Source: Octopus vulgaris (Eukaryota). From it: a stretch of DNA of 64,000 nucleotides. The translations under genes were made by a program, and so were the position numbers. Below are positions 39,842-51,662 of this stretch, one piece after another. The notes below the pieces were generated by a model. It was given only the letters and a program-made list of their open reading frames with translations. It searched no databases and had not been told where the DNA came from. The number at the start of each line of letters is the position of its first letter. Positions within the stretch are counted from its first letter, which is position 1. The stretch is from positions 29,388,001 to 29,452,000 of the forward strand of contig OX597817.1 of NCBI GenBank assembly GCA_951406725.2. Reading direction: 5' to 3'.

Positions 39842-40221
39842 CAGGAGTGGCTGTGTGGTAAGTAGCTTGCTTACCAACCACATGGTTCCGGGTTCAGTCC
39901 CACCGCGTGGCACCTTGGGGAAGTGTTTTCTACTATAGCCTCGGGCCGACCAAAGCTTTGTTAGTGGATTTGGTAGATGGAAACTGAAAGAAGCCCGTCG
40001 TATATATCTATATGTATAGATATGTTTGTGTGTCTGTGTTTGTCCCTCCAACATCGCTTGACAACCGATGCTGGTGTGTTTACGTTCCCGTAACTTAGCG
40101 GTGCGGCAAAAAAGAGAACCGATAGAATAAGTACTAGGCTTACAAAGAATAAGTCCTGGGGTCGATTTGTTCGACTAAAGGCGGTGCTCCAGCATGGTCG
40201 CAGTCAAACAAGTAAAAGAGA
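39842..40221 (+). mobile_element. SINE family A, full length
   Basis: Same architecture, CpG-intact. Confidence 0.92.
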
Positions 40222-40395
40222 ATGAAATTATTTAACATTCACTTCGAAGTCTATTAATCGTATGCTATGCAGTCTTACCCATTAAATACCAGAAGTGGAC
40301 TAGCGCAAGTTTTTAAAAATCTTTTTAAATGGGAAGTAGCTGCCTGCACAACAGACCCACTCTCTCATTCGCACGCAATATATCCAGTAGGAAAC

Positions 40396-40968
40396 GGGGC
40401 GAGCTGGCAGAAACGTTAGCACGCTGGGCGAAATGCTTTGCGGTGTTTCGTCCGCCGCTGCGTTCTGAGTTCAAATTCCACCGAAGTCGACTTTGCCTTT
40501 CATCCTTTTGGGGTCGATTAAATAAGTACCTGTTACGCACTCGAGTCGATATAATCGACTTAATCCGTTTGTTTGTCCCTTCTGTGTTTAGCACCTTGTA
40601 GGTAGTAAAGAAATAGGTATTTCGTCTGCCGTTACGTTCTGAGTTCAAATTTCACCGAGGTTGACTTTACCTTTCAGTTACGCACTGGGGTTCGATGTAT
40701 TCGACTTAATTCGTTTGTCTGTCCTTGTTTGTCCCGTTTATGTTTAGCCCCTTGTGGGCAATAAAGAAATAAGAAACGTTAGCATGTCGGGCGAAATGCC
40801 TAGCGGTATTTCGTCTGTCTACATGTTCTGAGTTCAAATTCCGCAGAGGTCGACTTTGCCTTTCATCCTTTCGGGGTCGATAAATTAAGTACCAGTTTCG
40901 TCCTGGGGTCGATCTAATTGACTGGGCCATCTCCAAAATCTTCGGGCCTTGTGCCAAGAGTAGAAAAG
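40396..40968 (+). mobile_element. SINE family B tandem multimer (3 units)
   Basis: B box GAGTTCAAAT occurs three times; tail-to-internal junctions at about 40615 and 40771. Confidence 0.88.
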
Positions 40969-41385
40969 AATATATCCAGTGGGAACTAACATAAAATGAG
41001 CATGCAGAAGATGACAAAGTAACTAGAGAGAGACATCCAGTACCATTTAATTTGTTTGTATCCATGCATTAAAAAAAAAATCATACACTATGTATTTGCT
41101 ATGCATCATAGCATATTGCTTTGTTGTCGATTTCTCAAGCTGCTTCCATTAGCCTGCTTCCGCCAATTTCAAATTTGTGGAAATAAAGGTCACTTATGTC
41201 TTTCATACCTCATCTAAATAAAACATGAACAAACCACTAGTTTCATGAGCATATATACATATTACTGGATGGCTGTTCAATCTGATGAATTCTGACAGGT
41301 TATGTTTAGATTAATGAATCTAAAGCCCAAAAGACAAGGGCTTCTGTTACAGGCCGGCAAAACTAACTATTTTAAACAATATATA

Positions 41386-41432
<47 letters not shown>

Positions 41433-41681
41433 CAAGGAATCTAATGCGCTTGGCTTAGATTTTCCTTTGGGGCTGGCCAGGTCGGAGCAATCTAAGAAGT
41501 CAAGATTAATCAGCCGAAATTGCGAGGATGATCCGGTTCTTGACTGAAGATTGAATGTCCCGTCCGTGTTTTTTGTATCGTCTTCTAAATGTTTTGCGTT
41601 CTTGTCCCAGTTTGTGTTTTTTTTACATATACACACACATATATATATATATGTATGTATACACACGCACGCATATATACA

Positions 41682-41980
41682 CAGGGTGCGGTGGGTAAAC
41701 TGTCACCATTTTATATGTTTAATTTCACGCGTGCGCATTGTTTGTTTTTGATTTTGTCGACTACACAGTATAGTAGGGTCAGTTGGGTATCGTCTGTGAG
41801 AAAAACAGCACCACGACGCAATTCATTCTGCCAGAAATTTGGAAACGACATGCTGTACTGCTTGGTACTTCGCGCTGAAGCTCCAATACGAATATTTCAG
41901 AGTGTTTGGCTGTCAATTTGTGGACAGCGCAATCTGAGGACATGTACTGAGAGTGACAAAAATCAAATGAGGAGGGTTGC
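41682..41980 (+). mobile_element. Tc1/mariner (maT-like) left end
   Basis: CAGGGTGCGGTGGGTAAACTGTC resembles the terminal repeat CAGGGTGCGATGAATAAACTGTC at 62623; followed by a transposase-start-like peptide (PEIWKRHAVLLG). Confidence 0.6.
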
Positions 41981-41984
41981 AAGT

Positions 41985-42278
41985 CGCTAGGGGCAATCGT
42001 TTGGTTGCCATGGTGAGGAATATGGGAAAAATTGAGTTTTATGGGATAGACAGGTTGCGCTGTCTATGGTGGCTTTTCATGTTGCTGCAGGGGCTACAGG
42101 CGGTTATCTTTAATTGCAGGTGTAAAAATTTGGGGGATTTTGGAAAGGGAGGTAAAGAAAAGGGCAATAAAAAGAACCAGGCAAAGAAGACGAACAAAGA
42201 AGAAAGGGAAAAGGAGACAACACGCACAAAACAACACCACCACCAAAACCCGAGCGAAGCACGGGTCAAAATAGCTAG
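41985..42278 (+). mobile_element. Helitron 3' end
   Basis: Hairpin CCCGAGCGAAGCACGGG followed by CTAG|T at 42275-42278; 5' boundary not defined. Confidence 0.6.
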
Positions 42279-42709
42279 TCTTAATATATATATTTGAGTG
42301 ATGCTTCTCAGTCCGTTACGTTTTTATGTTCGTTAACTCCTCCTAGACCGTTGGTACAAGGACAACGAAACTTAAACCAGCACCTCCCTTAATCCCAGGG
42401 AATGTCCTAAGAGGGTTTATGTTTTTAAGGACCACCTAATTGGGGCACCACTGACTCCCCTGCTTTTACTGCATTTTAAACTAAATACATAGCAATGCAT
42501 AGCAACCGGAGCAATGGCAATGAATTACATACTATGAACTCCCAGGGAGCATCGTAAGGAGGTTCAATTTCTGAAGCGTCACTTAAATGGGGCCACCACT
42601 GTTCTCCCCCCACCCGTTTTACTGCATTTACCTCACTCCTACACTTGTTGATTAAACTATGATCAGCATCAGTGCTTAGCACATTTACAGAAATAAGTTT
42701 CATTACACG

Positions 42710-42847
42710 AGGCTAGAGGGTCGTGAAGCAGCCCGATAGCGGGGCCAAAGGCCTTAAAGGTGAACCGAGATTAGGCAATATTTTCCAGAGACATTTAGAA
42801 TACAGGTGCTAGACAGAATGCCATCCGTAGGGCGGCTTCAAGGCTAG
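42710..42847. other. Direct-repeat-flanked, inverted-repeat-bounded cassette carrying an exact 36-bp copy of 45447-45482
   Basis: AGGCTAG at 42710-42716 and 42841-42847; TGAAGCAGCCC (42724-42734) pairs with GGGCGGCTTCA (42830-42840); 42769-42804 is identical to 45447-45482. Confidence 0.7.
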
Positions 42848-42965
42848 TTGAATATATTTTCTCTTTGGTAATTCAAGATATTTTTGTATATTTTTGATAA
42901 ATAAATCTGTGAAAATGAGATGTCAGTGGTATTTTCATTTTTAGACGACAATATTCACTGACCCC

Positions 42966-43026
<61 letters not shown>

Positions 43027-43062
43027 TATATACACATACATACATACACACACACACATATA

Positions 43063-43976
43063 CGAGTGGTTACCCAAAAGAAACCGGAATTTTGCAATCT
43101 TATTTCATTTACTTAGTTTTACATGTTTACACTTTTATCGCCTTCAGAATATTCTCCATTTGAAGCAGTGCATTTTCCACAGTTCGAAGCAGTGCTGGAA
43201 CTTCTGTGAAGTATTGCTGTTTAAAGTCTCCGTCGTTTTTTTCTTCACCTCTTTCACATTTACCAATTCCGTAGCACCTGCTTTCATCATCAAGTGATGA
43301 CCTTCGTAAAAAAGTCTGGGACGACTTCCTGGTATTCTTTCAGTTCACGACATGCATTCAGTTCTGACTACTTTTGAGCAAGCGAGGCTCAAATTTCCGT
43401 GAGGAAGTGAGGCACAAATTTCCGTGACCAAGCGAGACACAAATTTTGCTGCAACTGTTTTCATTCGCAACTCCTCGCTCAAATTTTGATGGCAGGCGCT
43501 CCAAGATACGAGTCCAGTTGTTTGGTAACGGTCCTCCAAGACCAATTCATGAAATTTCATGATGTTTTCTTTTGAACGGGAGGTCGACGGCCGCCCTGAA
43601 CGGGGTTGGTTTTCAAGTGACAAGTAACCGTTCCTAAAGCATGAAAACCACTCGTAAATTTGTGTTTTGCTCATGGCAGCGTCCTTGTAAGCTGTTTGAA
43701 GCATGACAACTGTTTTGGCCGCCTTTTTTCCCCAGCAGGAAACAGAATTTCACGGAAGCACGCTGTTCTTTCGTTCCACCCGTCGCAAAAGTCGACAAAG
43801 TAGGGAGAAGCACTGCAAAACAAAGACACACCACGTGGTAGTACGACCTCACCTAACGCCGCTGGTCGGCAGACTGAAGCCTGAGGTTTGCATCAAGTAG
43901 ATTCCAGCAGCGGAAGCCTGAACTATAATGGGCTTGTGTCAGAGAACGTTTCTGGTTACTATTGGCTAGCGCCTCG
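43063..43976 (-). mobile_element. mariner (irritans-like) deleted fossil
   Basis: TA-flanked CGAG...CTCG TIRs; peptides EQRASVKFCFLLGK, MLQTAYKDAAMSKTQIYEWF, PRSGRPSTS, AAKFVSRL. Confidence 0.9.
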
Positions 43977-44013
43977 TATACACACACACACAGACACACA
44001 CACACAAGCATAT

Positions 44014-44275
44014 ATCATCATCATCATTTAATGTCCGTTTTCCATGCTAGCATGGGTTGGACGGTTCAACAGGGGTCTGGGAAGCCAGGAGGCTGCACCA
44101 GGCTCCAGTCTGATCTGACAGTGTTTCTACAGCTGGATTCCCTTCCTAACGCAAACTACTCCATGAGTGTAGTGGGTGCTTTTTACGTGCCACCGGCACA
44201 GGAGCCAGAAGAGGCTGGCAACGGCCACGATTAGTTGGTGCTTTTTACGTGCCACCGGCACATGGAAACCAGCCA
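44014..44275 (-). mobile_element. RTE-tail retroposon
   Basis: Reverse complement of the 25454-25820 family, beginning with (CAT)n. Confidence 0.85.
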
Positions 44276-47099
44276 TAAATGTATATATATATATGTATAT
44301 ATATATATATACACGTATATATAGATATATATACATTTATTTTTACATTATATATATATTATACACACATATATACATATATATTATTTGTAATGGTTTG
44401 ATTCAGCTTCATATATATATGCGTGAATGTATTTTGGAAAGAAAAGATTACTGTTATTAATGCTACAGCAACACATTGCTCTTCAACTTATCAGATTCTG
44501 CCCAGTATGGAAGCTGGACATTAAATGATATTGATGATAATAATGATCACACACACACATTTTATCGACAGGTAGCAGGATAGCTATTCAAATATTCATG
44601 TACAACCACGTAGTTATACACATCTAAAGATAGATACTTATGAATTTACTTTATATCAATGTACAATGCGGCAAGAAAGTGACTAGAATTGGAATTGGTT
44701 CTTAGTCTCAGATGCATAAATATACTGTATGACATGTGCATACATACACACTGCATGACTATTCAGGTGATGTTGGTAGTAAAACTGTTCCATACTTCAA
44801 AAATCAAGGATTAGTTGATTGGTAAAATATCTAAGTGTGTTACGAAGCAAACACATTTCATTATCTTGATACCAGAAATCGGTAACGTTCCCAAAATAAC
44901 CACCTACTCATTCTTGTGAGACAATGTCTTCTTGTAAACAGTTTATATTTTGCTTTATGTCTTCTCTGACAGAGACACCAAAATCACAATAAATATAGAA
45001 TTTATAACTTTAAATATAAAAAAATAAAATAAAGGTGCAACATTCAAGTAATTTCTGTTGCTCTTTGGGGCATGAAACAAAAATTATTCATTGCCTTAGA
45101 GATCAACATCTCTAAACACATGAATTTGGGACATTGTTCCAATGTCCTATCTATGACATTTCATAGATTTAAATATACAGAATTTCATCTATAGCATATT
45201 TAGTCTCCATACCTAAGGAGACAAAATACATATGAATGAAATTTTGTACACCTATTTTTATTTATAACCAGGAACAGAAAATGCTTTAAAAAAATTACTT
45301 AAAGGATATTAGCTATTAGTTCATCTGGGCTAATGATATATTCATCCAATTCTTAATGTGTTGATTATTAATTATTGCTGATTAGCTATTATTAAAAGAA
45401 CCCATTTATTTCAGAATTTGTTCAGAGTTATTTGTAAATGTTATTGGATTAGGCAATATTTTCCAGAGACATTTAGAATACAAATTCTTTGAGAAAATAA
45501 AAATCTCCATATTCTATTCTGCTATCCTTTATGCTTAAATGAAATTACAGCTATATTTCCAACTGACTTTTGACACAGCTATTCACATTTTCCTTCAGAT
45601 AAAGTAGAAACTGTTGGCATGACCACATACAGTCTATGATTGAGAGAAATCATCAAAGACTTGTTTCTCAAAAGGATTCAAATCTGTTGGATTCCAGTTA
45701 ATAGATTTAACTATAACAACATTTTTGAATGGAACTCATACAAAATTTAGTGAAATATTTCTCCAATAAAAACATTTCTAAATGTATGCACTAAAAAACA
45801 AACCCAAAAGAACAACAATATTTTTCTCTGGCTTATAATATGGATATATTTGCATTAGGAGGGCACATTTTTTTCTTTGTAATACTGAGTTTTAACTTGA
45901 ATAAAAGATTGAAATGCATTTTAAAATTCACCATCATAAAGCCAAATTGCCTAATATTCAGCTTTTCATCACATAATAAATTAACAGTAGATATCAAAAA
46001 AAAAAAAAGAAAATATATATATATATACACATGTAAAATATAGAAACAAACTGACTCCAAAATTAGAAGTATAAATGTGACTATAAAGCTTCATTTCTAC
46101 TTTAGATTTGTGAGATTTATGGAGCTTTTGTTTTCTGGTGCCATGTTGTAAATGAAAATTCATACTTTTGAGGTTAGTGATGAGGAATACTGCTATTTCT
46201 AGTTTGAAGATTTTTGAGTCATAATGCACAGAAGATCTATATGGAATTTGTAAATAAGGACCTATATATAATAAAAGACAGTAATTTCAACAATTTCAAG
46301 ACTTTTAAAACACATACAAAGGGAAATTTCACAAGACAGTCAGTCACCCACTGACACTCATTGACACTACATCGAAGAGGCCAGGGAACAGAAGAAAGAA
46401 GAAGAAAGAAGACATGCACCCAACACCAGAGCTGAATACACCTCCGAAAGGAGGGGGCCCGCCACGTCAAAACGGTAGACGAGTAGGGGCCGAAACCGGA
46501 CATGGTTCCTCCTGATGATGTCTTGAGCTAACTGGATCCTAAAAAGGAGCTGTTGTAGTAGCAGACCACGAAACACGGTTGAAATTCCTCAGAAAGAAGA
46601 TATACATTCAAAGATGTTAACAATGCAGTGGGTTTTTTTTCATGACATGACACAATTTCTGCAACAGGAACTACAAGGATAGGATCAACTCCAGTAGATT
46701 ATTATTTTTACTACTGACCTGAGAAGGAATGAAGTGTATTGACTAAGGAGTCAAAATACTTTTTGGTGTTTAGTTATGTTTAATATGTCTCTCTTGATTT
46801 TATGACAGGGACACAACATTCCTGTTTGTTATGAGAAGTGACTGAAGGAGTTGGATCCAAGAAGAGCAGCTGGCAGTAAAACACTAGAAAAATGTATCAA
46901 AAGTGGATGTAAAACAATGATGATAAGAATTATTCATCAACTACATATTTTTATATTCAGAGTACAAAGGCTGCTAGTGTCTATTTCACAGTTTATATTT
47001 CTGAGGTTGATGAAGTATGTACCATTTATTTACAGGAATTGATATAATTAAAAACATGCTCTCTCAAATTGGTAGCCTTGTGCCTATATTAGAAATTCT

Positions 47100-47402
47100 T
47101 TGTTTATTCTCGAGCCATGCCAGGCTCATAAGGGCCAGTTTCCCAGTTTCCTTGGCATATAAGTTCCCCACCTGGACGGGACGCCGGTCCATTGCAGGTG
47201 AGCTGCAAGATGCAGGTGGAAAGAGGGAGAGAAAGTTGTGGCAAAAGAGTCAGCAGAAGTTTGCCATTACCTTCTGCTGGCGCCACGTGGAGCTTAGGTG
47301 TTTCACTCATAAACACACACACATATCGTCCGGTCTGATATTTGAACCCGCGATCCCTCGACTGCGAGCCCACTGCTCCAACCACTAGGCCATGTGCCTC
47401 CA
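47100..47402 (-). mobile_element. tRNA-derived SINE family C
   Basis: Minus-strand head GGAGGCACATGGCCTAGTGGTTGGAGC...GGGTTCAAAT (A/B boxes); later GCAATGGACCGGCGTCCCGTCCAGG, resembling V-SINE-type 3' regions (from memory). Confidence 0.8.
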
Positions 47403-47825
47403 CTTATGTTAGAAATGGATATTATAAATTTCAGAGAAACACAGAATACAAAGCAGGCTATGTGAAGTCTGAAGTTAAAACTAGTTAAAAATAATACTGT
47501 AAGTCAAATAGCACAGTTCTATACTGCTTTTGCCTATTCACCTTTTTCACAAGAATAACACATACACACACACATTCGTTACAGGATGCATTAGAATCTA
47601 GGCATATCAACAAGTAGACACTAAGACTGGCTGGGTACCAAAGCATTGAGTTTACAATAAGGTAAAGACCGACCAGGTGTATTTGTTGACGGTGTACTGC
47701 AGGTATGTATACATTTGGGTAGCAAATCCCAGTATAAACCATAGATACAACTCAAGGATTGTTTCCAGGTGTGGCATAAATATGAAAGAAGAGCAAAAGA
47801 TATATACATACGTACATGTATATAT

Positions 47826-48300
47826 TATCATCATTGTTTAACGTCCACTTTCCATGGTGGCATGGGTTGGATGGTTTGACTGAGGGCTGGTGAGCCAGAA
47901 GGCTGCACCAGGCTCAATCTGATCTGGCAAAGTTTCTACAGCTGGATGCCCTTCCTAACACCAACCATTCCAAGAGTGTAGTGGGTGCTTTTACATGCCA
48001 CCGGCACGAGGGCCAATCAGGTGGTACTGACAACGACCATGCTTGAAAGGTAGTTTTTATGTGCTACCTGCACGGGAGCCAGTCCAGCAGCACTGGCAAC
48101 ATCCATACTTGAATGTTGTTTTTCATGTGCCACCAGCACATGTGCTGGTAAGGCAATGCTGGCAACAATCACGCTCGAACAGTGCTTTTTATGTGCCACC
48201 AGCATGGGAGCTAATCTGTGGCTCTGGCAACAATCACGGTCGGATGTACTTTTAACGTTCCACTGGCACGAATGCCAATCAGGCGGTACTGTCATCGGCC
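47826..48300 (-). mobile_element. RTE-tail retroposon with about 5 tandem units of about 62 bp
   Basis: TTTAACGTCCACTTTCCATG...CAGCTGGATGCCCTTCC followed by repeated TTTT(A/C)ATGTGCCACC-like units. Confidence 0.8.
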
Positions 48301-49627
48301 ATATCGTTTTGATTTGATTTCACTTCTTCACAAGAAAAGTTTATTATCCAATGAATGAGGGGTATGTATATATTGCATTTCTCCATTTGAATATGTAAGA
48401 TTTTATGAAGTCATTAAAATCATGTTCACAGGTATTGAACTCATTCTACATTAGCTGTAAAAGGAAAATATGATAAAACTAAGTCCTATATTTGAGTTAA
48501 ATTATTGCATTTCTTTTGAAATTAAATGATTGGATGCAAAGGAGTTTATGTAAAGAAAAGAAAATTGCTTTATTAGAACCATTAGTAATGTAATAAATTT
48601 TAGAAAGATCATTCATTAGTTCAGTGAAGACACTTCATAATACAGAAGTTGTGTAATTTTCCTCTTCAATTTTCTATCATTTGATAGTTATTCACAACTA
48701 TCCCTTCTTTTGAAAATTATTTTTGTCATTTCCTTACAATACTAAATTACATTAGTTCCATCACTAAATTGCATTAGTAATGATTTTGTAATCTAATATG
48801 AGTTTCTTTGAGGTATGTGGAGAGGTGAATAGTACTGGTCATGTGTTGGATATACCTTTCCCAGAATCATTAATTGAAGTTAATTTTATCATTTTAGATG
48901 CTGAGATTGAAGTACATACCTTAATAAATTTGAGAGATAAACTTAATCAGTTATTGAGTTTCCCCATCACCTTGCACTTGGCTCTCTCTAGCAGAGAACA
49001 CTATGTTGCATGCATTGAAGCTAGCTCTCCATCCCGGGAAAAATTTTATCCTTTCTTCTCAGTAATAATGTAGACATTGTAAATGCCATAGTTTCTGTCC
49101 TAACTTTTCTGACTAATCCATTAAAAAGCCAAAAAAATGATGCATGTAATAATAATTGTATTGTTTTCATCACTAGAGAACTCAAGATTGAGGTTGTGTC
49201 GAATTATTCGACTAAAACCTTCGATGTGGTACCCCAGAATGAAACAAATAAATAGTATAAAATAAAAGATACCTTTGCTTTCTACTTGTTTCAGTCATTG
49301 GACTGAAGGGCTCGAAGGGTTAACAAAATTAATGTAGCAACCTCACTCAATAATTTAAATTAAGACTAAATCTATAGACAGGACAATGGTTAACTAAACA
49401 AAACAAAGACAACGAGTTAAGAGCAAACGGAATGTTTTTATGAATTGATAATCAAAAGTGGAGATAGTTTAGGTGATGTTTTGGTGACAGTGTAATGCTA
49501 ATAACATCGTTTTCGGCGATATTCGAATCTGTCAGAAAATCAGCTTTGTGCCCCATTCATTGCTGTGAAAAAAGGTAGAGCACACCTTAAAATTCATTCA
49601 GCACTTACGAAACATTTCATTATATTA

Positions 49628-49980
49628 CTAGCACTATGACCGGGCAACGCCGGGTCACAGTGCTAGTGCATGCATTTACAGCTGCGTGCACACATACACG
49701 CGAGTACTGTCCAAATCTCCGACCAATCACATACAGCTAGCTGGCATTCAATTGGCGTATCAAGTTTCGGGCATTTTGATTGGGTTTTGGATAGAAATTT
49801 CACAAAAAAGTCACTTCTATTGATTTTTTTAATCGCTTTAATCTGGGGAAATGTAAAGATGTGCACGACCACCCTTGGACGGTTTTGAATGACCGTAGAA
49901 AGTGCGAGCCCTCTAACTGAAAAATTGTGGATTTGTATAAAGGACACGCACGCAGACATTTTGCCGTTTATATATAGAGA
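49628..49980 (-). mobile_element. Non-autonomous Helitron (family H3) with extended terminal hairpin
   Basis: 5' TCTCTATATATAAA on the minus strand; the 3' end is the near-palindrome CTAGCACTATGACCGGGCAACGCCGGGTCACAGTGCTAG. Confidence 0.78.
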
Positions 49981-50616
49981 CTAGCAGTATCGCCCGGCGT
50001 TGCTCGGGTTTGTAAGGGAAATAACTATATAAGCATTTTTAGAGAGTTATAGCCAAAAAATAGCAAAAAATGCATTAAAAATGGAAAAAAATGATGGTAA
50101 ATTTTTTTTTAAATCGTTGACTCATCGTAGACATTTTTAGAGAGTTACTTCCCTTATATAATAGCGAAAAAATGCATTAAAATGGAAAAAAAACGATGGT
50201 AAATTTTTTTTTAAATCGTAGACTCATGTAGACGCTTTCTTAGCCATTTCTGTTTTGGTGTCTTCAAGCCATGAAGTCGTTGTTCTAAAAGAACGCTGGT
50301 CTCCTTGACAACGCATTACGACGTTGATTTCCTTACACTCCCTTCCCCACAGGTGCAGGTGTGAGCGTGGACGCCAACTCCGCCACCATCGACACACGAA
50401 AAATTATGCATTAAAATGGAATAAAAAATGATGTTAAATTATTTTTAAAATCGTAGACTCATCGTAGACGCGCGCTAATACTCAGACGGGCTCGATATGA
50501 ATCACGACTATAAGATACCCGAATTTGGTTAAACTGCACCGCAAAATGTGGGAGTAGTTAGGAATCTAAATCGAAGGGGACAGACACTCACACAACTACA
50601 GTTTTATATATATAGA
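49981..50616 (-). mobile_element. Longer H1 Helitron with internal duplications and an extra segment
   Basis: Same termini as H1; repeated AAATCGTAGACTCATCGTAGAC-like blocks; extra sequence at about 50235-50400. Confidence 0.85.
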
Positions 50617-50699
50617 TATACATAGCGCAGTAGTGGTGAGATGTGACAGCAAAGAAAAGCATACATTCACTCTCTGCATGCAATTAGACTCGGAAAGTT

Positions 50700-51228
50700 C
50701 GTGAGGAACCCATTGACCCAATTTGCTGACTTTTCCGATAGCACACAGGTCTCAATGAATGGTTGAATGACCAAATCCAAGCTTCTCTGCTAGTTCCTCA
50801 ACAGTTACGATGAGATTTTGTTCCACCAGGGTTTTCAGGATGTCCTTGTCGAGTTCTACAGATCTTTCAGGATGAGGCTCGTCTTCTAGGCTGTAGTTTA
50901 TGGCTCGGAATTTCTGGAACCACCATTGACACTGCCTTACGCTTATTGTCCAATCCCCATATACTGCATTAATATTTCTTGTACTTTCCGTTGCGTTGTT
51001 GTCTTTATTGAACTCATAAAGCAAAATATGCCAAATATGCTCCTTTGTTACTTCCAACATAGCTTTGAAAAAAATAGCTGTTAAAATCGAAATGCACTCT
51101 TCAAAAACTTGCACTATGAATAAGGACAAGATAAAATTACTACCTGCTTTTATAGCAAGTTAATATAAGTAGTTTATCCCATTCCCCTCTGACTTTTAGT
51201 TCAAGCTGTTGAAAAAACCGCATTATTA
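50700..51228 (-). mobile_element. mariner 5' portion (Mos1/Hsmar1-like N-terminus)
   Basis: KEHIWHILLYEFNK...NINAVYGD...CQWWFQKFRAINYSLEDEPHPERS bipartite HTH. Confidence 0.88.
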
Positions 51229-51469
51229 TATATATACATACATACATACATATACACACACACTCTCTCTCTCACACACATGCACACATTTATATTCTGT
51301 TATTCTTTTATATGTTTCAGCCTTGAGGTTGTGGCCATGCTGGATCATGTGTGTGTGTGTGTGTGTGTGTCTATCTGTCTGTATGTATATATGTATATGT
51401 ATGTGTGTGAACAATAATATTTTCAACAGATGTGTTGCAAATGTATCTGATTGTTCTCAAGCTTCAATA

Positions 51470-51662
51470 CTGTGTGTGTGTATGTGTGTGTATGTATGTA
51501 TGTATGTATGTATGTATGTATGTGTGTGTATGTATGTATGTGTGTGTATGTGTATGTATGTATGTATGTGTGTGTATGTATGTATGTATGTATGTATGTG
51601 TGTGTATGTATGTATGTATGTATGTATGTATGTATGTATGTATGTATGTATGTATGAGTGTA
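51470..51662. repeat. (ATGT)n/(GT)n microsatellite
   Basis: Seen directly. Confidence 0.95.

Larger units (their letters stand above)
44720..49120 (-). pseudogene. Probable multi-exon pseudogene of an unidentified protein
   Basis: GT-AG intron at 45213-45298 with a pyrimidine tract; further acceptor-like sites at 45791 and about 46237, 46719, 46884; donor AAG|GTATGT at 48919. Protein-like frames broken by stops, e.g. GHWNNVPNSCV*RC*SLRQ*IIFVSC...YCDFGVSVREDIKQNINCLQEDIV, DIYC*FIM**KAEY*AIWLYDGEF, KYEFSFTTWHQKTKAP. No homologue identified. Confidence 0.45.

Noticed and set aside
42332-42372. Twister ribozyme-like TAACTCC...CGTTG-loop-CAACG
   Set aside because: The loop and downstream P2/pseudoknot strands do not fit the consensus.
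47330-47402. tRNA gene
   Set aside because: It is a SINE head: no paired acceptor stem, and it continues into a SINE body.
44720-49120. Stop-codon reassignment or U-to-C editing in the pseudogene
   Set aside because: Every stop codon is trivially one C>T from Gln or Arg; frameshifts and transposon insertions favour ordinary decay.
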